Source: Eledone cirrhosa
Lineage: Eukaryota
Reading direction: 5' to 3'
Length of the DNA: 64,000 nucleotides
Assembly (NCBI GenBank): GCA_964016885.1
Contig: OZ024742.1
Coordinates: 135,842,001 to 135,906,000, forward strand
Under the pieces are notes generated by a model, which was not told the DNA's origin, made no database searches, and saw only the letters and a program-made list of their open reading frames with translations. How positions within the stretch are numbered: the first letter of the stretch is position 1; every line of letters starts with the position of its first letter. Positions 55,000 through 64,000 of the stretch are shown in pieces. The position numbers and the translations under genes were made by a program.

Positions 55000-55545
55000 G
55001 GTTCACAATGAATTGGGAAGAGTATTTTCTACAGAATCAACTAGAAAATGAGAAGGCCCTCTCGTGCCAGCCAATAGGACATCGACAATGCCATCATTAT
55101 CTAGCTTCGCAACATCGAGAATAAAGCTGCCTGGAGATTCACCTAGTTCAACACTGTATAGTATTAGCCTTCCATATTGAAACTCTTCCAACTGAACCTG
55201 TAGATTTCAGAAAAGATTTCGCTAGAGCTAGTGCGCCTGATATCAAAATAATTGTGAACGCCAGAAAGTCACTATAGTTCCACAACAACTCATGTAGGAT
55301 CCCTGTCAGCAACTTCCAGATCCATTCTAAATTTGCCAACGACGGATAGGGGAAGTTTCAATAAGGAACAATCGGTATATCACTCTCCTGTGCTCTTAAA
55401 GCAACGATTACAGCGTACTTTTTCATTTGCTGAGTCAATTTATTGTCTGGCATTATTAATCAGAAAAACTGAAAAGCAAAAATAAATTAGTAATAAGAAT
55501 GTTAGAGGTCAAGAAAGTGGTGACCTTAAAAGTCCGATACAGCCT
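55000..55545 (-). mobile_element. Tc1/mariner-like transposon 5' remnant (helix-turn-helix region)
   Basis: Minus strand LTQQMKKYAVIVALRAQESDI..LKLPLSVVGKFRMDLEVADRD resembles mariner-type transposase N-termini; begins next to TA; no second TIR found. Confidence 0.4.
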
Positions 55546-55628
55546 ATATATATATATAAAAGTTTATCCCGGGTTCAATAGGGCGTAACCACAGTAAGTA
55601 AAGTACTCAATACAAAGCAGAGTATAAT

Positions 55629-55765
55629 TATTTAATATAGAAAGGCTTCTACAGGACTAGAACTGTTTCATTCCGGAGAAATCATCATCAGGAAGCGGCT
55701 TCCTGATGATGATTTCTCCGGAATGAAACAGTTCTAGACCTGTAGAAGTCTTTCAATATTAAATA
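55629..55765. repeat. Foldback palindrome (68-bp arms, 1-nt loop) made of two opposite hammerheads
   Basis: Centre at 55697; only three mismatches seen. Confidence 0.92.
55697..55750 (+). ncRNA. Type I hammerhead ribozyme (mirror copy on minus strand at 55644-55697)
   Basis: GGCTTC-CTGATGA-tgATTTCtccGGAAT-GAAACAG-ttctagac-CTGTA-GAAGTC; stems I and III pair, stem II has 2 extra nt. Confidence 0.75.
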
Positions 55766-55962
55766 TATATATATATCGATTAAAGGTGTTTATCATCTTT
55801 TTCAATCACCAGCGTAATTCGTAGTTTCTGGCATGTTTACGCTCCCTCTCATATTGAAAATGTATATATTTATATACACATTGTTGTCGTGCCGGTTACT
55901 CAATTTCTATATATGCAGATATAATATGATTATCGTACACTTCCCCTGCTAGCATACATCTT

Positions 55963-56001
<39 letters not shown>

Positions 56002-56083
56002 TCAAGCGTGAACCTAATATGACTATATTTTTGCTGCATCCCTGTGTTTATTTTGTTTCCTTTATCCTCTATATATATATATA

Positions 56084-56174
<91 letters not shown>

Positions 56175-56562
56175 AGCAGACGAAGTGTACGATGATATTA
56201 TTAAATCGGAATGAGCTGTGACCCAAAATAATCGCAATAAAAGCTTCCACTGATTAGGCTTAATGGTATAGGCCTAGGGTCATATACATTCTGAATGGTA
56301 ATATTCCGTGCTAATGACTGGGATTCTTTGACCAAAAATTTGCTCGATCAAAGTTAATATGGGTTTAAAAGTACAACAATAGAAATACAGACATTCATAT
56401 CCAACATTCATATCCATATCATTCATAGAGTGTAGCTTGAAACATTTGACTGATATCTCAAGCAAATTGTACGACAGAAATGGCTTCATTTCTGCCTTTT
56501 AACATATTTGTTTTGAGGTACTTAAATATATATATATGTGCGTGTATATATGTGTATATATT

Positions 56563-56636
<74 letters not shown>

Positions 56637-56650
56637 TCTCTCTCTCTGTG

Positions 56651-56689
<39 letters not shown>

Positions 56690-56702
56690 CTCTCTCTGTG
56701 TG

Positions 56703-56739
<37 letters not shown>

Positions 56740-58220
56740 CAGCGTACATGTGTAGAGGCAATGACGAGTGTACGTATCAGAAGAATTACTGTTAAGAATG
56801 TCATTAAACGTAGAAAGACAAGTTGATGTAGTTTGTATATGTCAGAATCAGAAGTAAGGGATGAGATTAAGGCAAGAGAACAGGGTGAGATCATCAGATA
56901 GAAAAGGAGAGGGGGAGAGAGGAGAAAAAGAAGGTGAGAAACGGGGGTGGGGGAAGAGATATGGGAAGCAACAAAGACAAATTGTTGGAGAGAGAAATCT
57001 AATCACAATGTCAGATTGGGTGGGCTCGCTGTATGTGTGTTTGTGTGTGTATGAGTGTATGTGTCTCTGTTTGATATACGTGTGTGCGGGTGTGTCGCAG
57101 TGTGTATGCGTCTGTGAACCAGTGTTAGAAAACAGTATTTATCTACAACCATTCCCCTCAAGCCTTAACCGACCTACACCAACTTACATTCATAAACTGG
57201 CGTCTCTACTTCATCTACTTCGTCTTAGTATCAACTACATCCCCACTACCACATTCAACACCCACCACTACTACCATGATCTAAGACATTACACCCGCCC
57301 CACCACAGTGACCTCGACCATCACAGTGCCTTGACAAATGCCACCTGTGCTGGAGTGCTAAAAAATGTTAATTAAGCATCATTTTTTTGTTTTCTTCCAA
57401 GATATTGTTAGTAAGTGTGGAGGCGGCATTTTAGTCATCCGCCATAATATGTATGTGTGCATGTATGATGGCACATTGGCTTACAACTGGATTAGCAATC
57501 ATGGGGTTGCGAGTTCGATTCTGGGAGCAGGCGATGCGTTATGTCCTTCAGCAAGACAATTTATTTCAGGTGACACTTTCCCCCATGAGATGCGACCCGT
57601 AGTGAATAAAAGATCAGTGGAAGCACTGGGTCAGATTTTATCAGTTCCACCCCACTCAGTAAGCGAATGAGGCCTAGGAACTTGTCGATCGATTCATTAA
57701 CCTTATCTATGTGTGTGTGTGTGTGTAAATATGTATGTGTGTATGTATGTAATGTCGCTCTTGAGTGCTACATCCAAATAGTACTTTCTTTTTTTAACCT
57801 GGGAGTGAAAGGACCCCAGTTGTTGTCACAACACCTTTCTAGGAGAGGGAAACTCTAAAAAAAAAAAAAACCTGCGGCTTCGGAATTATTCGGTGATGTT
57901 GACCAGTTCTCCTTTTCAGGTAGTGTTTTCGATGCTCAGTGAGTGGGATTGGTCGTGTACAAGGCCTTTCCCCACTTGAAATACCTTCAAAGAACAGACA
58001 TTGCTTGTTCAAGATATGGTACAGGTTTGTGTGACTGACCGTAGCCTAGAAGTGCACCAAACTCTATAATCTGACAAGTGATTGCAAATGATTGCAGAGT
58101 TTGCAGCCAACATATATGTTTATATAAATGTATGCATGTATATATATATATATATATATGTATGTGTGCATACATGTGTGTACATATGTGGGTATGCATG
58201 TATGTATGCGTGTATATGTG

Positions 58221-58629
58221 TCCAAAATCACCGGGAGAGATGGCCCAAGGCAGAATTCTAGGAGAAGGAAAACTCTAATATTACACCTGCAACGCTGATG
58301 GTATCCAATGATGTTGACTTGTTCTTCTTTTTGGTAAATATCATCTTGGTTAAGAGAGTGGGACTGGCTTTGTGCAGTGCCTTTGTTCACTATAAAAGCT
58401 TCACGGCACAGGCATTGCTTTATATCTGGAGATCTCTCTGCACTTGTCGTCGCATGGTAACATGGGCCCAGCACTATGTGTCAATAATTGTCACAAGTGT
58501 AGTGTTTGTACCAGAGTTTTCAAGTCGCTGGCTGGACTAAAAAGTCACACTCGTTCAGCGCATCGGTAGGGGTTCTCCTACATGGATATAAAGTAGTGGC
58601 CGTACTCGAAAACGAGTTGGCAGCCACCA
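58221..58629 (+). mobile_element. Non-autonomous RTE-like derivative, 5'-truncated
   Basis: Matches the other four copies; in (TATG)n. Confidence 0.75.
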
Positions 58630-58882
58630 TATGTGTGTACGTATGCATGCATGTATGTATCTATGCATGTATGTATGGATGAATGTGGGTATATGTGTGT
58701 ATGTATATATGTCTGTTATGTGTTTGTCTCTTATCCTTAATTTCAAGTTTATTTGATTGGTCACCTTCCGGGGGGGGGGGGGGTTATAAATTATAACATA
58801 GTTCTATTCGCTGGTCCATGCTGTTGCCGTTGACTGCTATACATACATACATATAAACATACATACATACATTCATACATAT

Positions 58883-61817
58883 ATAATCGAAGAAATAATA
58901 ATAATAATCGAAGAAATTTGACACCACGTGTACCATCCGAGTCTACCGCGACTGTTGTGGAAAATACTACCGATAATGATAATAATCAAAAGTATAAACA
59001 ATTGAAAATTTCCCCCAACGAAATCTTCAAGAGAGAAATTAATTCATGTATAAATATCTCTCTTGCCGAACGTGTTAAATCGACAATGATTAATAAAAAA
59101 CCAAATAATGAAATGTTACGTGTTATTGATGAAATAAGGGATGAATATTTACCTCGGATAAAAACCCCAACATTTTGGCAAATCAACGCCTGGTTCTATG
59201 CCTTAGCAACGACAGTGAAGCATTATCTTGGTGATAGCAGAGATATTAACAAGAACAGAACACATCAAAAAATACCATCATATATAACTAAAATAGAAAA
59301 AAATATTGCTGACCTACGAAAAACCGTAGGATATGTGACAATGATCCTTACATGCAAACAAACGCAATAAAACCTCACTCCTCGCCAACAAAGAGTGAAA
59401 AATAAAATAGAGACGATGTTTGATAACAGTAGAACCAGAACCCTTCAATATAAGCTGATCACCCTCAAACAAGAATTGAGAGCTGTAAGCGAAAAACGCC
59501 GATACCTGAAGAACGTAGATGAGAGAAAAGTGCTTAGTAAAAGATTCAGACGAAACCAAACATCAGTCTATAGATATATGAAGAACAAAATAATAAGTGT
59601 CACTGAGGCCCCATCCCAGAAAGACATAGATTCCTTTTGGAGCAAAATATGGGGTGAAAAGAAGAATTTCAACCAAGATGCAGTGTGGCTAAGAGAAATC
59701 CGAAATAACTTTTGCTCTTACACTACAAGAAAAACATACGAAATAAGTGAGGGTACCCTTGAGACTGTGATAGGAAAACTCCACTCTTGGATGATAGAGG
59801 CCCTCCAACTTGCTAAAGTCACAGACATTATTGTCAGAGCCATAGAGAGGCTGTCTAAGGTTAATGACAGAGAGGGAGGACTCTATTTTCACTGATAAAA
59901 TAAAATATTTCAGGGCGATAGTCTCGCTGTGATAATATTCATCTTGTCATTAAACCCCATGTCCTTTCTGCTCAAGAAATGTGAGGGATACATCATTGGC
60001 TCACAGAAGGACAGAAATACGAACCTAACCCATAATTTCTTTGTGGACGATCTGAAACTCTATGCCAAGAACATGGATGTGATGAAGAAAAATCTTGACC
60101 TGGTTATAACGTGCTCAAAGGATATAGGAATGTAATTTGACTAAGATAAATGCTCATACATGACAGTAAAGCGGGGAAAAACAACAGCCCAATCTAGCAT
60201 CATTGTCATCAATGGCCTAACTGTTTCACCGATATCTGATGAGGACTGCTACAGATAACTGGGGATAGATGAGAACATATCCTATAATCGTATCTATAAT
60301 AAAGAACGCGTAACCATGGATTCTACACCCGATTAAGAAAGATCTGGTCATCGGAACTCTCTGTGCAAAACAAAACAGTGGCTCACAATGTGTTTGATAT
60401 GCCTGTCCTAACACCAACGTTTGGAATACTCAATTGGACGATAGACGAAATCCGAGCAGTTGATGTTGGAACTCGAAAAATACTAAACAACACCGGAAAC
60501 CTCCCCATCAACAGTGACATAGACCGCCTTTACTTGAAACGTAAGCTGGGAGGCAGAGGCCTAAAATCAGACCAGACAACATTTGAATGTAAAATCATAT
60601 CTCTCCGACAACATCTACGAACCACGAAGCGTAGGAGCCCGTTTCTTGAGCAAGTCTATCTGCATGAAACAGATAAGATCATGAGAGTTAGGAAGGAACT
60701 CCTCGAGAGATATTCCCTGTGTGATAATCAAAACTCACACCCAGGGAAGTCGCTCAGCAGTATCGCAGTGAATCCATGGATGAAAAACTACATGCTTATC
60801 AGCAAAAAATCATGCATGGATATGTTGCCAGGAAGCTCCAGAGTGAGAGTAATATAGATAAGGAAAGTAGTCTATCTTGGACCAACAACCGCTATATTGG
60901 CTCCCACTTTGAAGGAGACGCTTTTGCAATCCAAGAACAGGAGATTAACACGAAATACCTGATTCACAAAAGAGATAGGGATGCAGGCAAAACACCTAGA
61001 TGTGATAACAAGTGCAGACTCTGCAGAACTAACATCGAGGATATCACCCATGTCATCAGCAGCTGCCCAAAGATGTCATTGCGGTACTATCTACCTATGA
61101 GGCATGATGTAGTGGCCAAAACACTGTACAATGCAGTTCGTAAAAAAGATAGCCCCGATAATAAACACATTGAAAGCTACAGCAATGTAGAAGACATCCA
61201 TCTACATAATATGAAAGAGTACTGGTGGAATGTTCCAGTAAAAAATGCAGGCATAACAGACCAGATATTATGATATGGGATAGGGAGAAGAAAGCATGCA
61301 GAGTAGTGGAAATTAGCTGCCCAGCAGATGCCAATATAATATCAAGGATTAGCGAAAAGGAGAATATTTATGCAGAACTGATGAGAAATCTGCTGATACA
61401 CCCTGATTACACCTTCAGATTTATGCCTGCAATTATTAGGGCACTGGGTTATGTTAGTAACTGCCTCAATACAAATCTTGAGAAGCTAGGCTTCACAGGA
61501 ACAGAAAGAACACAACTAGTTAGGAAATTACAAGTACAATCCATTAATGGAACAGTATAAATATGTAAAACATTCCAAAAATGTTGCATCTAATAACTGC
61601 ATATACACATGTACAGATACAAAGCATATACACATGAACACATACAACTCAAAATATACACATCCACACATACAATAACATCCATATCTACACATGCATG
61701 CATACATAATCTACCTAGTTGATGTGTAAATTCCAATGAGAGAGTCGTGTGTCTATGTTAGAAACCGACTCTCTCTCTCTATTGGTAAAAATGTGTGAAA
61801 TTATAAAACCAGAAGAA
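58883..61817 (+). mobile_element. R4/Dong-like (CATA)n family copy 2, 5'-truncated, internal deletion, complete 3' UTR
   Basis: Colinear with 3283-6480; ~385-bp deletion at ~59782; flanked by (CATA)n on both sides. Confidence 0.9.
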
Positions 61818-61848
61818 CATACATACATACATGCATACATACATACAT

Positions 61849-62335
61849 GAGTTAGATGACACTAAGGAATACTGGTGGAACCTGAAAATGAAAACTGCCA
61901 CCAAATTAAAGCACAACCGGCCTGATATTGTTGTTTGGGACCACACATTGAAAACGTGTTCTGTTGTGGAGATCAGCTGCCCACTTGATGTAAACGGTGT
62001 CAGAAAAATACAGGAGAAGGAGGACATCTACGGACCATTGCTGAGGAGTTTGCAAATCCAGTATCCAACATACACCTTTAGCTTCATACCCATCATTATT
62101 GGAGCAACGGGTTATATACCAACCCGTTTGGATCAAAGTATGACTTATCTTGGGTTTGCGGACAAAGAGCGCAGCTCCCTAATTCATAGTCTACAAATGA
62201 CTGCGAGAGCTGGCACCTTCAAAATTTGCAAAACATTCTTGCGATTCAAGGGATGACAATTTCTTTTCTTTTACAACCTTGCCAGGAAGGTGGCGGTCAA
62301 AAAAATATACTCGAAATTAAGAGAAAGAGATAACG
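61849..62335 (+). mobile_element. 3' fragment of a related RLE non-LTR subfamily in (CATA)n
   Basis: EYWWN..KHNRPDIVVWD..VEISCPLD..EKEDIY..IPIIIGATG..KICKTFL. Confidence 0.85.
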
Positions 62336-62387
62336 TACATGCATATATACATACATACATACATACAATCATACATACATACATACA

Positions 62388-63623
62388 TGGTGGCTGCCAA
62401 CTCGTTTTCGAGTACGGCCACTACTTATATCCATGTAAGAGAACCCCTACCGATGCACTGAACGAGTGTGACTTTTTAGTCTAGCCAGCAACTTGAAAAC
62501 TCTGGTACAAACACTACATTTGTGACAATTATTGACACAGTGCTGGGCCCATGGTACCATATGACGACAAGTGCAGAGAGATCTCCAGATATAAAGCAAT
62601 GCCTGTGCCGTGAAGCTTTTATAGTGAGCAAAGGCACTGCACAAAGCCAGTCCCACTCTCTTAACCAAGATGATATTTACCAAAAAGAAGAACAAGTCAA
62701 CAACATTGGATACCATCAGGGTTGCAGGTGTTATATCAGAGTTTTCCTTCTCCTAGAATTCTGCCTTGACAAAGGCTAAGGGGTCATCTCTCCCGGTGAT
62801 TTTGGATGGCCATTGACTCTTAAGAGCTCCTTTGCCCTTTGACAGGTTTTGTTTTTAGTCCTGCAGGATGTCCAAAGTCACCCTCCTCACCAAGAAACCA
62901 TGGTGGGGTTGCCAGTTTAGTCGCCAACGGCCCGACCATGAGACAGGTTGTACTGGGGTACATGTTACCAGTAGCACCAACTGGTGACCTGACATAACAT
63001 ACATACATACATGGTGGCTGCCAACTCGTTTTCGAGTACGGCCACTACTTTATATCCATGTAGGAGAACCCCTACCGATGCGCTGAACGAGTGTGACTTT
63101 TTAGTCCAGCCAGCGACTTGAAAACTCTGGTACAAACACTCCACACCTGTGACAATTATTGACACATAGTGCTGGGCCCATGGTACCATGTGACGACAAG
63201 TGCAGAGAGATCTCCGGATATAAAGCAATGCCTGTGCCGTGAAGCTTTTATAGTGAGCAAAGGCACTGCACAAAGCCAGTCCCACTCTCTTAACCAAGAT
63301 GATATTTACCAAAAAGAAGAACAAGTCAACATCATTGGATACCATCAGGGTTGCAGGTGTTATATCAGAGTTTTCCTTCTCCTAGAATTCTGCCTTGACA
63401 AAGGCTAAGGGGTCATCTCTTTCGGTGATTTTGGATGGCCATTGACTCTTAAGAGCTCCTTTGCCCTTTGACAGGTTTTGTTTTTAGTCCTGCAGGATGT
63501 CCAAAGTCACCCTCCTCACCAAGAAACCTTGGTGGGGTTGCCAGTTTAGTCGCCAACGATCCGACCATGGGACAGGTTGTACTGGGATACATGTTACCAG
63601 TAGCACCAACTGGTGACCTGACA
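62388..63623 (-). mobile_element. Two tandem full-length (~610 bp) copies of the non-autonomous RTE-like derivative (62388-62994, 63012-63623)
   Basis: Near-identical copies separated by a short (CATA)n. Confidence 0.8.
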
Positions 63624-63627
63624 GATG

Positions 63628-64000
63628 CATATATATATACATACATATAAACATACATATATATATACATATATATATACATATACATATATATATATAC
63701 ATATATATACATATATATACATATATATATATACATATATATATATATACATATATATACATATACATATACATATATATACATATATACACATATACAT
63801 ATATACACATACACACATATATATACATATATATATATACACACATATATATACATATACACATATACATATATACATATACATATACACATATACATAC
63901 ATATATACATATACATATATACACATACATACATACATATACATATATACATATACACATATACATATACACATACACACATACATATACACATATACAT
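63628..64000. repeat. (TA/CA) simple repeat running to the window end
   Basis: Directly visible. Confidence 0.95.

Noticed and set aside
55003-55191. ORF with LDNDGIVDVLL resembling an FG-GAP/integrin repeat
   Set aside because: Short, no splice context, and lies within a probable transposon remnant.
63541-63600. Possible HDV-like ribozyme at the 5' end of the RTE derivative (CCAGT..CTAAACTGG with a P4-like hairpin)
   Set aside because: P2, P4 and J4/2-like parts are visible, but I cannot build P1 and P3; needs a descriptor search on the autonomous partner.

Overview
AT-rich eukaryotic (animal) DNA with no host gene that I can support. It is almost entirely microsatellites and retroelements; the SINE and microsatellite spectrum resembles an octopus/coleoid genome (inference only). 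Contents: (i) decayed Penelope-like elements (RT + C-terminal GIY-YIG) and many non-coding Penelope-type terminal repeats carrying type I hammerhead ribozymes, including intact cores at 7542-7604, 50300-50423 and a both-strand foldback pair at 55629-55765; (ii) two families of R4/Dong-like non-LTR elements with a restriction-like endonuclease, one tied to (TAA)n and one to (CATA)n; (iii) Tx1/L1-like elements inserted antisense into (TAA)n, forming with the Dong-like copies a ~19 kb mirror-symmetric array (17.4-36.2 kb); (iv) a decayed RTE, five copies of a short non-autonomous RTE derivative, tRNA-derived SINEs, a small Helitron-like element and a mariner-like remnant. Most notable are a 763-nt non-coding hammerhead-bearing retrozyme-like unit (49565-50604), a conserved ACTC..TTGAGT(AC) hairpin ~45-65 nt upstream of (TA)n shared by otherwise dissimilar ribozyme-bearing repeats, and repeated tail-to-tail pairing of unrelated retrotransposons through a shared microsatellite. 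Most short ORFs in the track are microsatellite or antisense artefacts. All structures were paired by eye, not computed.
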